Shown here piece after piece: positions 29,471 to 38,883 of a stretch of DNA of 64,000 nt. Origin of the DNA: an uncultured Desulfobacter sp. (GTDB taxonomy: Bacteria; Desulfobacterota; Desulfobacteria; Desulfobacterales; Desulfobacteraceae); NCBI GenBank assembly GCA_963665095.1, contig OY762069.1:224001-288000 (forward strand). The letters run 5' to 3'. Below the pieces are notes generated by a model, which saw only the letters and a program-made list of their open reading frames with translations, did not search any database and was not told the origin of the DNA. The position numbers and the translations under genes were made by a program. Position 1 is the first letter of the stretch. Each line of letters starts with the position of its first letter.

Positions 29471-30640
29471 TCATTCCGCCGGCATCGGGGTAAAAAAACC
29501 AAGCCTGTGATCCGGGAACAGCTCCGGGTGGATGATGGCGGCAATATCTTCAACAATTTCGTCCATGTGGTCCATGGATTCCCAGTACCAGGGCTGAGTG
29601 ACCCATATTTTTTGGGTCCGGACCGGTTTGATATCCAGGTCTATTTTCGCCACCGCCGTTAACTCGCGGATGGTCCTGGGGCCATGCCCGGCCGAACTCT
29701 CCGTAATATACAGGTCCGCATTTTTTGCCCCGGCATAAAACGCCTCCATGGTAATGGTGCCGTATCCGGCCATGAAACTGATCGGCGTCAGGTCTTTGAA
29801 TACATACTCTCCGCCGCCCATGGCATACATACGGGCCATCAAGGAATCTGCCAAGGGCACATGTACCTTTCCCATGTGAACCACCCCGCCCAATACTTTA
29901 GGCTTATGGCTGGCCTGCTTTGCCCGGGCTTCTATGGCCGCAATCCTCTGTTCCGCTCTGTCAAAAAAGCGGGCCGCCTCTTTCTCCTTATCATAAAAAG
30001 CCGCCACAAACCGGACCCATTCCAATTGGGCCAGGGGATGGTTTTCCCGGAAATAATCCACCACAGCAACAGGTATCTTCATCGCATCCAGCATGGGGAT
30101 CAGGCGCTGATTCCAGTCCCGTCCGAAGACAATGTCGGGTGCCAGCGCCTTGAGCCGTTCATAATCCACGGGATTCCCGTTGCCCAGATGAATAATTTTT
30201 CCGGAAGCCACCCCCTTTTGAATCGTGTCGAAATTGGTAGCAGTCATGCCCATGCCGCCCAGGCAGATTCCCGCAATGGAGTCCAGGGCCCGGATGGGCC
30301 TTAACAAAGCGGCATTGACCGTATTGTTCAATGCCACCCGCCGGACAGGGATTTCAACGGCCCGGGTCTTGTCAAACCCCTTCAGCAAAGGCTTCCCCCT
30401 GGGACATAAAAGCAGCCTGCGTTCCATCCCGTCTGTAACAATTTTATATCCGTCATCCAGGTATTCAATATTAAAATGGGAGGCATGACGATTTTTAAAG
30501 GATGGCTCTTCTCCAAATGCACAGGGGGTGATCAGGGTTACGCCAAGCCATAAAACCGCGGCAAGTGCTGCGAGGCACTTCTTATTACTTTTGAAACCGG
30601 AACAAAGGCGTTTATTGGGAAGTGTAAGCGTGTCAGTCAT
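29471..30640 (-). CDS. ABC substrate-binding protein (BtuF-like), paralog of 3959-5104
   Basis: DGMERRLLLCPR..IPVRRV, APDIVF, EWVRFVAAFY, DIAAIIHPE. Confidence 0.85.
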   Translation of the reverse strand: MTDTLTLPNKRLCSGFKSNKKCLAALAAVLWLGVTLITPCAFGEEPSFKNRHASHFNIEYLDDGYKIVTDGMERRLLLCPRGKPLLKGFDKTRAVEIPVRRVALNNTVNAALLRPIRALDSIAGICLGGMGMTATNFDTIQKGVASGKIIHLGNGNPVDYERLKALAPDIVFGRDWNQRLIPMLDAMKIPVAVVDYFRENHPLAQLEWVRFVAAFYDKEKEAARFFDRAEQRIAAIEARAKQASHKPKVLGGVVHMGKVHVPLADSLMARMYAMGGGEYVFKDLTPISFMAGYGTITMEAFYAGAKNADLYITESSAGHGPRTIRELTAVAKIDLDIKPVRTQKIWVTQPWYWESMDHMDEIVEDIAAIIHPELFPDHRLGFFTPMPAE

Positions 30641-32003
30641 GGTCGGGCCTCACTGAATAAGGGTAGTGATTCGTCAATCTGCAGTTGAGAATGGCATCGA
30701 TAAAGGTCAGGGCGCCCGCAAATCCCAGATTCGGCCTGTGGACCAGGTTGGTCCGGTTAAAGCCTGGCATGCTGGTCTGGATAAAAAACTTGGGGGAGAA
30801 ATCTGCACGGGAAAGCAGATACTCTTCAAAGGCGGACCCAAAGGTGATCTCCGGCCGCTCATCTTCCAGGGCGGCCAGTGTCCGGCTGCCGTCCGGGTTG
30901 ATCAGAATCCTGGCCTCATGCCCGGCACAGTTTTCCAGCATCTCCATGTCCCTGTCGGACACGGTTTCCCGCCCGCAAATTCCAAGAACTGCCGGCCAGC
31001 AGCCAAGATAATGCCTTAAAAAGCTTGTCAGCCCGGCCACAAAGGCCAGTTCGCCAAACACAGCCACCGGCATCCCGCGCATCCTTTCAGCCCGGGTAGA
31101 GTTGCTCAACGCCAGAAATCCTTCCCTGCGGCAGTGTTTCTCTTCCATGTCCAGAGCCGGGGGGTGTTCCAGTCCGAAAAATGCCAGAACCCCGTCCATC
31201 ATCTGCCTTGCAGGGTCAAAACCGATGGGCATCTTATCTGCGGTGACATAAGCAAGACCGAAATGGGATTTCATGTACCGGGCAATGTCAAGGCCGTACT
31301 CAGGATTCACCACCACATTCAGACTCGCCCGGCTCAGGTTCCGGACCTCATCCAGGGGGGACCCGGCACCGAGAACCGTGTTCACCTCAATACCGGCCAT
31401 CCCCATCAGCCGCCGGATCTCCCTTAGATCATGTTTCCAGCTGTACTGGCTGATGTGCAGACCCAGGATGTTGACACAAGGGTTTGGCGCCTTTTCTGCG
31501 GCGCGGATCTGCTTTTGGACGAGGCAAAGCATTGCCTCTGAATAGCCCCGGGCATTGCTCCTGGCACATCCGGTGGATTCCAGGTAGAGGATCCGTTCTG
31601 ACAGGGCATGGTCCCTGAGGATATTTTCCACATCTTCCCCGATCAGGCCAAGACTGCAGGAGTTGACAATGGTGATGCAGGCGGGGCTGCATTTTTTGTC
31701 CAGCAGGTCCACGGCTTCAATCACTTTGTCCCCGATACCCAGAATCACATCGGTATCGTTAATTTCAGTACAGGGAACCCGTGGATGCCCATGGTCGGCC
31801 AGACGGTTGAACCGTATTGATCCCCGCTGGTCCAGGGGATGGCAGTCATTGATCATACCCTGGGCAAAACCGGTGCAGGAACTGGGGCCGTTGACAAGGA
31901 CCGCCACCCCTTCAACACCGCAAAGGGCAGCCAGTGCCCCGCCCAGAGAACAGGGCAGCCCATGGTTCAGCTGATATTCATGCAAGTCGTTCAAGGGACT
32001 CAT
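30633..32003 (-). CDS. Nitrogenase component-1-like oxidoreductase subunit (NifK/BchB-like)
   Basis: From ATG 32003: PCSLGGA, NGPSSC, CTEINDTDVILG, NSCSLGLIGEDV, RASLNVVV, PIGFD, PNLGFAGA. Confidence 0.88.
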   Translation of the reverse strand: MSPLNDLHEYQLNHGLPCSLGGALAALCGVEGVAVLVNGPSSCTGFAQGMINDCHPLDQRGSIRFNRLADHGHPRVPCTEINDTDVILGIGDKVIEAVDLLDKKCSPACITIVNSCSLGLIGEDVENILRDHALSERILYLESTGCARSNARGYSEAMLCLVQKQIRAAEKAPNPCVNILGLHISQYSWKHDLREIRRLMGMAGIEVNTVLGAGSPLDEVRNLSRASLNVVVNPEYGLDIARYMKSHFGLAYVTADKMPIGFDPARQMMDGVLAFFGLEHPPALDMEEKHCRREGFLALSNSTRAERMRGMPVAVFGELAFVAGLTSFLRHYLGCWPAVLGICGRETVSDRDMEMLENCAGHEARILINPDGSRTLAALEDERPEITFGSAFEEYLLSRADFSPKFFIQTSMPGFNRTNLVHRPNLGFAGALTFIDAILNCRLTNHYPYSVRPDHD

Positions 32004-33294
32004 GCCGCCATCCTTCCACGCCCGTAAAGCGCATCCACCGGGACCAGTCTGCAAAAAGGTCGAGCATTCCCCTGGGTCCCACAGGGGGGTGCAGCGGGAC
32101 TTCCTTTACCAGAAGCCCGGGTTGGAGATGGGGAAGCGGAGCCTGGTGGAAAAAGCTCTGCAGATAGAGATCCGCCTTTTTCTCAGAATTCCTGGCCAGC
32201 ATCTCTTCAGGCCCCAATCCTTTGTTGACCGGACAGGGAAACGTTCCGGGATCATCCAGGAAATTCGCTTCAAAATATCGGGTATTCAGAAGGTTCACCT
32301 CTACAAGATCCGCCTGAACCAGGTCCAGAAACTCCATGAGCCATCCTAAGTGAACCGGTGCTGCATTGACAATGACCCTGAGGCCTTTGAACGGATTTCC
32401 CAGGCGCTCGACCTCTTCCACGAAAAAGCGTTTTTCCTCTTCCATGATCCCATCCAGATCCACTTTCATGCCCAGCACTGTTAAAATGGCATCCAGCCAT
32501 TCTCGGGTATCTTTGAACCCGGAAGGGAATCCCTGGCTGATATAGGGCATACCGAAACGCTCGTGAAGGTGGCTGCACACGGCCAGAGACTGATTCCTGG
32601 CTGCCGGCAGATTCAGGCCGGCCCGGGTGACTTTGGGCAGATCTTCAAAGGGCAGGTCCACGATAAACCGGGTGTTGATCCTGAGACCGATTTTCTGCAG
32701 CAGGCGCCGGATCTCCCAGTAATCAAAGTCAGCTATGGGCATGATACCGGGCTCAGCCACCAGGTTCACCAGGCCGGAGTCCACGGCTGATGACGGTGCA
32801 AGGAACCGGTCAATGACATCCAGGTAAGCGGTGTTTATACCCTCATAATGATCGCCTTTTAGAAACCCACCCATGTTGAAATAGATCACCTGGCGCCCGG
32901 TTTCTTCGGCCATGGCATCGCAGACACCGGACACGTCATCGCCGATCACCTCCACGGTGCAGCTGGGGATCACAAGCAGGGGACGTCCTGGGAACTGCTC
33001 CAGGGTTTCCCTGATTTTCCGGCTCAGTTTTTCCTCTCCGCCAAAGATCAGCTCATTTTCCGTCATGCCGGTGGAGGTAAACCGGATGTTTGGCAGGCCG
33101 AAATCCGGCAACAGCTCTTGTTTTCTCATGAGCATCTGCTGGCAGAATTTCATGCCGTAGTGGGCGCATCCCGGTGTGCCGTGGAGCAGGACAACCGTAT
33201 CACGAAGATTGAGCAGGACGCTTAACGCCCCCACCAGGGTGCAGGAAAGACGGCTTCCCTTGATACATGGGATACAATATTTGGTCTCAGACAT
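31978..33294 (-). CDS. Nitrogenase component-1-like oxidoreductase subunit (NifD/BchN/CfbD-like)
   Basis: SCTLVGA, HGTPGC, STGMTENELIFGGEEKL, SCTVEVIGDDV; no Cys at the FeMo-co ligand position (AGLNLPAAR). Confidence 0.9.
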   Translation of the reverse strand: MSETKYCIPCIKGSRLSCTLVGALSVLLNLRDTVVLLHGTPGCAHYGMKFCQQMLMRKQELLPDFGLPNIRFTSTGMTENELIFGGEEKLSRKIRETLEQFPGRPLLVIPSCTVEVIGDDVSGVCDAMAEETGRQVIYFNMGGFLKGDHYEGINTAYLDVIDRFLAPSSAVDSGLVNLVAEPGIMPIADFDYWEIRRLLQKIGLRINTRFIVDLPFEDLPKVTRAGLNLPAARNQSLAVCSHLHERFGMPYISQGFPSGFKDTREWLDAILTVLGMKVDLDGIMEEEKRFFVEEVERLGNPFKGLRVIVNAAPVHLGWLMEFLDLVQADLVEVNLLNTRYFEANFLDDPGTFPCPVNKGLGPEEMLARNSEKKADLYLQSFFHQAPLPHLQPGLLVKEVPLHPPVGPRGMLDLFADWSRWMRFTGVEGWRHESLERLA

Positions 33295-34102
33295 AACGGT
33301 TCACCAGTGCATCAAGGCCATCCTGTTCAAAGGGAGACGGCGTCACCAGTTCAGGGGCGCTCGCCACTTTACGGGCAAGGTCGGCAAACTGCCCGGCAAT
33401 GTCATGCTCCCCATTGTAGGCCATTACAGTTTTACGGCTGATTTCGGCTTTGTGGAAAATGTCGTCACGGGGGAAAAAGGCCACCATACGTGATCCCACC
33501 TCACGGGCAAAGGCGTCAATCAGCTCCTTTTCCCAGGGTTTGTTGAAGCGGGCGTTTCCGATGATGCCGGCAAGCCGCCCCCTGTCTGCCGAGGAAAACC
33601 GGGCAATGCACTTGCAGATATTGTTGGCCGCATACAGGGACATGAACTCCCCGGAGGTCACGATATAAATCTCCTGAGCATAGTTTTTGCGGATGGGAAC
33701 CGCAAAACCACCGCAGACCACATCCCCAAGGACATCATAAAGAATGATATCAATGTCCGGCGTGATCACGGACAGCTTGTCCAGTACCTCAAACATGGAG
33801 ATGATGCCCCTGCCTGCGCATCCGATACCCGGTTCAGGCCCCCCGGCTTCTATGGTCAGTACCCCGGCGTATCCGGTTTTTAAAATTTCATCCTTTGTGA
33901 CCCCGGCAGGCCCTTTGGCCCTCAGGGTATCCAGGACCGTAGGCTGAAGCTGCCCGTTGTGAAGCATCTGGGTGGAGTCGTGTTTGGGATCACAACCGAT
34001 CTGCAGGATGGTGGACCCGGAATTAGACAGGCAGACCGACAGATTGGTTGTGATGGTTGATTTGCCGATTCCCCCTTTGCCGTATATCGCGATCTGTTTC
34101 AT
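33287..34102 (-). CDS. Nitrogenase iron-protein homolog (NifH/BchL/CfbC family)
   Basis: YGKGGIGKST, GCDPKHDST, GGPEPGIGCAGRGII, DVLGDVVCGGFA, SGEFMSLYAANNI. Confidence 0.95.
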   Translation of the reverse strand: MKQIAIYGKGGIGKSTITTNLSVCLSNSGSTILQIGCDPKHDSTQMLHNGQLQPTVLDTLRAKGPAGVTKDEILKTGYAGVLTIEAGGPEPGIGCAGRGIISMFEVLDKLSVITPDIDIILYDVLGDVVCGGFAVPIRKNYAQEIYIVTSGEFMSLYAANNICKCIARFSSADRGRLAGIIGNARFNKPWEKELIDAFAREVGSRMVAFFPRDDIFHKAEISRKTVMAYNGEHDIAGQFADLARKVASAPELVTPSPFEQDGLDALVNRYV

Positions 34103-34152
34103 GAATACTCCTTTATATTCTCAATTCGATTATCTTGCTGGCCAGTCTGCTC

Positions 34153-36270
34153 TCACAGACGGCAGCGCTCCAATGTCACCATATCGGCATATACGCCCCT
34201 GGCGTCCATCAGGCTGTAATGATCCCCATCCTCAATGACCTGTCCCTCCCTGATAACCAGAATACGATGAGCATAACGGGCCGAGGCCAGGCGGTGGGCC
34301 ACGGTAATACAGGTGCGGCCGGCCATGATCGAGGGCAGCCGGGACTGGATCAGCTGCTCGCTTTCGGGATCAATCTGGCTGAAGGCCTCATCAAGGATCA
34401 GAATACGCGGGTCACCTGCCAGGGCCCGGGCCAGGGCCAGCATCTGGCACTGCCCCTGGCTGAGCTTGCGCCCACCTTCCCCGATACGGGTGTGTATTCC
34501 CTGGGGCAGGGTGTTCACCCAGGTGTCCACCCCGCTGATTTCAATGGCCCGGTCAACCATGTCAGGGGGGATTCCACTGCGGCCAAGGAGGATGTTCTCC
34601 CGGATGTCCGCTGCCAAAAGAATCATCTCCTGGCTGACCAGGGTGATCTGCTTTACCAGGTCTTTGGAAGGAATAGCCGTGAGGGGGGTTCCGCCAAGGC
34701 TGATTTCTCCCTGCATGGGGTCGTACAGGCGCAGCAGCAGGTTAACCAGGGTGCTTTTCCCGCCCCCGCTGGGTCCCACAAGCGTCACGGTCTGTCCCTG
34801 GGGGATGAACAGGTTGAAATTGTCAAGGATCTTTCGGCCCGTATGATACCCAAAGTCAACCGCATGAAATTTGATATCCCCTTTATTTGGTGTCCCTTTA
34901 TTTGGTGCACCGGTGCCGGGTTTGCCTGCTGTTTCAAGGCGCCGGGGATCGTCCAGAAGGATAAAGATACGTTCGGTGCTGGCAACGGCACCCTGCAGTT
35001 GATTATATTTGTCGCTCAATCCGCGGATTGGGACAAGCAGCATCTGGATGTAGGTCAGAAATGCCACAAGGGTCCCAAGACTGAGGCGGTCATGGATGAC
35101 GCTGAAACCGCCGTGCCAGATGATCAGGGCAATGCCCAGGCTGCCCAGAAGTTCCATCAGTGGGGTAAATACGGCAAACATTTTTGTCTGGGCCAGACCG
35201 GCCCTGAAATACCGGTTGTTTGTCCGGATCAGTTTTTCCATGACCATGGATTGTGCACCGAGCAGCCGGATGGTGTCGATTCCGGCGATGCTTTCCTGCA
35301 GTCCGGTATTCACCTGGCCGGTGCAGGCTTTGATCCGGTGAAAAATCTGTTTGGAGACTTTGGCAAAATACCAGGCAAGGAGTGCCATTGGCGGCACAAT
35401 CAGCATGCAGACCATTGCCAGGCGGGCATTGAGCGCAAACATTACCCCGGTGATGCCGATGAACAGGAACAGCTCCTTGAACAGGCCCGTCACCATGTGG
35501 CGGAACAGCTCGGCCATGCTCTGAACATCGTTGTTCATACGGGTAACCAGCCTGCCTGCGGGGTTGTCGCTGAAAAAGGCCTGGGAACGGGTCAGGATAT
35601 GGTGAAACAGGGCTGCCCGGACATCCTTCATCATTAATTGTCCTGCGCGCTCCAGACACACGCTTTGAATGTAGGAGGCGCCCAGCAGGGCGACGGCCAG
35701 GAACGAAAACAGCAGGGCCATGCTGATCAGCCCGCAGGCATCCGCCCGCCGAATCGTCTTCAGGTCCTCTGCCGGGAGCTGCTTTAGATCCTTTTCCGCA
35801 ATGAGGATGTCGGCATCCCGGCGCTGAAACACCCCGGGATGCCGGCTGATCAGTTCGTCATTTTCCGCTGTTGCCGGTGCGACATAGTACCGCAGGGCAG
35901 ACACGCCACCGGCCGCCCGAATCCGGGCGGTAAGAGCCGGATCCAACTTACGCCAGTTCCCTTCCCGTATAAACAGATCTTTTTTTATCTCTTTGGGATT
36001 TAGTCCATGGGGCAGGGCGCCATTCAGGGCTTCCTGCAGGGAGGTATCCAGTTGTTCAGGATGCACATGAACATGATAGGGGACCAGATATCGGTCAATG
36101 GCCGTGCGGGTAATCACCGGCAGGCTCAACTCCAGTCCGATGCACAAAGGGATCAGGATGGAAGCGATGACCACAAGGCGGCGGTGGGGGGCAAGGAAGC
36201 CGGCCATCCGACGTATCATTCCTCGTTTTAAAAATACAGCCGGCCTCAGGACAGCATCGGGTCCGCTCAT
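34153..36270 (-). CDS. ABC transporter, fused permease/ATPase (heterodimer half 2)
   Basis: TM domain plus GPSGGGKST, LSQGQCQ, ILDEAFS; insertion of over 100 aa after the first TM pair. Confidence 0.9.
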   Translation of the reverse strand: MSGPDAVLRPAVFLKRGMIRRMAGFLAPHRRLVVIASILIPLCIGLELSLPVITRTAIDRYLVPYHVHVHPEQLDTSLQEALNGALPHGLNPKEIKKDLFIREGNWRKLDPALTARIRAAGGVSALRYYVAPATAENDELISRHPGVFQRRDADILIAEKDLKQLPAEDLKTIRRADACGLISMALLFSFLAVALLGASYIQSVCLERAGQLMMKDVRAALFHHILTRSQAFFSDNPAGRLVTRMNNDVQSMAELFRHMVTGLFKELFLFIGITGVMFALNARLAMVCMLIVPPMALLAWYFAKVSKQIFHRIKACTGQVNTGLQESIAGIDTIRLLGAQSMVMEKLIRTNNRYFRAGLAQTKMFAVFTPLMELLGSLGIALIIWHGGFSVIHDRLSLGTLVAFLTYIQMLLVPIRGLSDKYNQLQGAVASTERIFILLDDPRRLETAGKPGTGAPNKGTPNKGDIKFHAVDFGYHTGRKILDNFNLFIPQGQTVTLVGPSGGGKSTLVNLLLRLYDPMQGEISLGGTPLTAIPSKDLVKQITLVSQEMILLAADIRENILLGRSGIPPDMVDRAIEISGVDTWVNTLPQGIHTRIGEGGRKLSQGQCQMLALARALAGDPRILILDEAFSQIDPESEQLIQSRLPSIMAGRTCITVAHRLASARYAHRILVIREGQVIEDGDHYSLMDARGVYADMVTLERCRL

Positions 36271-38054
36271 ATTCCCTCCGAAAGTCTGGACGTCAGCTGC
36301 TGGGTCTGGACCAGGCGCCGGTACAGGCCGCTGTTTTCGATCAGGTCTTCATGACTGCCCTCTGCTTTAATATATCCCTCTTCCAGGACGACAATATGGT
36401 CGCAGAAGGCCAGGGACTGGGGGCGGTGGCTGACAATCAGGCAGCCGGTCCCGGCCCGGGTGCGCGACAGATTTTCAAGTATCCGGGCTTCAATCCTGTT
36501 GTCCATCGCTGACAGGGAATCATCCAGAAGGAGCCAGGGGCAGCCCTGGAGAAGGGTGCGGGCCAGGCATAACCTTGCCTTCTGGCCGCCGCTCAGGGTT
36601 CTTCCCTGCTCCCCAAGGACGCTGTCCAGCTGTTCGGAAAGGTTTTGGATCTCTTGGGAAAGCCCTGCGGTATCAATGATCTCCCACAGTTTCCGGTCTC
36701 CTGCCGACGGGCTGGCCAGACGCAGGTTTTCACGGATGGTATCGGAAAACAGGAACGGTTGTTGAACCGCCATGCCCAGGGTGGATCTCAACTGCCCAAG
36801 GGGCATGTACGTAATGTCAATGTCCCCGAGAAAAATACTGCCCGGCGGCGGTTCGCAAAGACGGGTCAGCAGGTGCAGCAGGGTGGATTTTCCGCTTCCT
36901 ACGGGACCCACAATGGCGGTGGCCGTTCCGAAAGGTATTTGGAGCGTGATGTTTTTTACAGCAGGCCGGTCCTCGCCCGGATAGGTAAAGGACAGGTCCT
37001 TGATCAAAATATCAGGGGGTAAAATTCCAGGGGTGACAGTTTCATCTCCCCTGCCGTGCCGGACAGGGGCTTCCTCCGTTAAGGAGGCCCGTTCCCTGCC
37101 GGGCTGCCGCGCCAGGATTTCATCCACCCGTGCGCAGGAACTTCTGGCCCGCTGGTACAGGTTGATCAGATAGCCGGAATAGACCAGCGGGGTTCTGAGC
37201 ATCACCAGATAGGCGGAAAAGGCCACAATATCCCCGGCGCTCAGCAGCCCGAATACGGCCATGGCCCCACCCAGTCCCCATACCGCGGCCTGGCTGAGAT
37301 GGGTGACCAGGGTCATGACCGGCAGATACAGGGCCGAGACCCGTGCCAGTTCCATATTGTTATCCAGATGACGCCGTGCCAACCGTTCCAGCTGCCGGTC
37401 CTTGACGGAAATCAGATTAAATACTTTGATCAGCCGGATGGCATTGACACTGTCCCTTGACTCTTCGGTCAGGGCGGAAAAGGATTCCTGAATGCACTTG
37501 TGACATTGGTGGTACCGTTTGCTCTGGCGGGTGGTCAGCCAGGGGATGACCACCAGGGGCAAAAAGGCCAGAAGGGTCAAGACGGGGCTCATGCAAATCA
37601 TATAGGCCAGCGCCAGCACCAGCGTCAGAACGGAGTTCACCGCTGCCTGGAAGCCGTAGCCGCAGGCCAGGCGGATATTGTCTATATCATAGGTGGCCCG
37701 GGCCATGACGTCTCCGGCAGGACGCCGGCTGCCGCCGTTGCCGGACCGGCCGATGACACAGGAAAAAAAAAGTTTGCGCAGGTCCCTTTCGATCATATAG
37801 CCAAAGGCCAGCATAAACGGCCGTCCCACTGCCCGCAGGACTGCCACGCCGCAGGCCAGTGCCACAATGCCGCCGCCGATCCGGACAAGATCTCCTGTAT
37901 CGGCCCTGCCGGCAGCCAGCAGGTTAACGGCCTGTTTGATCAGCTGCGGGGAGTACAGGGCCATCAGCTCCAGGCAGAGAATCGCTGTAGCCCCGACTCC
38001 CGGCAGCCACCAATACCTGCGAACATCCTTTTTAATGAGTGCTATTGCCTTCAT
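36267..38054 (-). CDS. ABC transporter, fused permease/ATPase (heterodimer half 1, degenerate site)
   Basis: GPVGSGKST, LSGGQKAR, LLDDSLSAMD (catalytic Glu replaced by Asp). Confidence 0.9.
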   Translation of the reverse strand: MKAIALIKKDVRRYWWLPGVGATAILCLELMALYSPQLIKQAVNLLAAGRADTGDLVRIGGGIVALACGVAVLRAVGRPFMLAFGYMIERDLRKLFFSCVIGRSGNGGSRRPAGDVMARATYDIDNIRLACGYGFQAAVNSVLTLVLALAYMICMSPVLTLLAFLPLVVIPWLTTRQSKRYHQCHKCIQESFSALTEESRDSVNAIRLIKVFNLISVKDRQLERLARRHLDNNMELARVSALYLPVMTLVTHLSQAAVWGLGGAMAVFGLLSAGDIVAFSAYLVMLRTPLVYSGYLINLYQRARSSCARVDEILARQPGRERASLTEEAPVRHGRGDETVTPGILPPDILIKDLSFTYPGEDRPAVKNITLQIPFGTATAIVGPVGSGKSTLLHLLTRLCEPPPGSIFLGDIDITYMPLGQLRSTLGMAVQQPFLFSDTIRENLRLASPSAGDRKLWEIIDTAGLSQEIQNLSEQLDSVLGEQGRTLSGGQKARLCLARTLLQGCPWLLLDDSLSAMDNRIEARILENLSRTRAGTGCLIVSHRPQSLAFCDHIVVLEEGYIKAEGSHEDLIENSGLYRRLVQTQQLTSRLSEGI

Positions 38055-38831
38055 TTATAAGTTCGAATCCAGGGACCGGGCAGCGCCGTAGGCTACGCTG
38101 AACTGGGGATGCGGCAGGACATGGAGATCCCGGCACAACTCATCCTCGATGGCAGCGGCCAGGCCGTGGTTGTTGGCGGAACCACCATCCAGGTAGACGT
38201 CGTCTTCGATGTCCCGTCCACCGGCCAGCCCGGCAATACGGCGGGCCAGGGATTCATGCAGCCCCCGGATGATGGATTGCTTTTCAATGCCCTTGGCCAT
38301 CAGGGAAACGATCTCGCTTTCCGCAAACACCACACAGGTGCTGCTGATATTGACGGTGTCCGATGAGGACATCCCCAGATCGCCGAAGTCATTCACCGGG
38401 GTATCCAGAATCCTTCCCGCCACCTCAAAAAACCTGCCGGTGCCTGCTGCACACTTGTCGTTCATTTTAAAATCGATCAGCCTGCCGGTTTCCGAAAGGC
38501 GGATCACCTTGACGTCCTGGCCACCGATATTGATGATGGTCCGGGCTTTTTCGCCGCTGAGCAGAAATACCCCCAGGGCGTTGGCACTGACCTCATCCAC
38601 CACCTTGCCGGCGTCATTGACCAGGCCTTTGCCATAGCCGGTGGCCACCGGGGCCTCCAGTTGATCCGGCGAATATCCGGTTTCTGCCAGGCCTTGGACA
38701 ATCAGGTCATTTGCGATTTGCGCCTGTCCGGGAATGGTGGGTACGACGCTTTTCCAGACGATCTCCCGGTTTTTCAAAAATACCACTTTGATGGCTGTAC
38801 TTCCCAGATCAATACCTACTTTTACTGTCAT
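38055..38831 (-). CDS. ATP-dependent [4Fe-4S] activase/reductase (HgdC/BadF-G ASKHA family)
   Basis: GIDLGST, ATGYG, IGGQDVK, MNDKCAAGTGRF, ISSTCVVFAESE. Confidence 0.93.
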   Translation of the reverse strand: MTVKVGIDLGSTAIKVVFLKNREIVWKSVVPTIPGQAQIANDLIVQGLAETGYSPDQLEAPVATGYGKGLVNDAGKVVDEVSANALGVFLLSGEKARTIINIGGQDVKVIRLSETGRLIDFKMNDKCAAGTGRFFEVAGRILDTPVNDFGDLGMSSSDTVNISSTCVVFAESEIVSLMAKGIEKQSIIRGLHESLARRIAGLAGGRDIEDDVYLDGGSANNHGLAAAIEDELCRDLHVLPHPQFSVAYGAARSLDSNL

Positions 38832-38883
38832 TATAAATGGTTGCCTCCTTAGGTTAAGGTCAGGATGAATTTGTGCAGGGGAT

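Noticed and set aside
30633..34102. Calling this a true nitrogenase (nifHDK) or coenzyme F430 cfbCD
   Set aside because: There is no FeMo-co Cys and no nifENB. Two different component-1 subunits and the absence of cfbA/B/E argue against Cfb.
34878..34907. 15-nt in-frame duplication (PNKG twice) in the ABC linker
   Set aside because: A trivial slippage event in a flexible linker.
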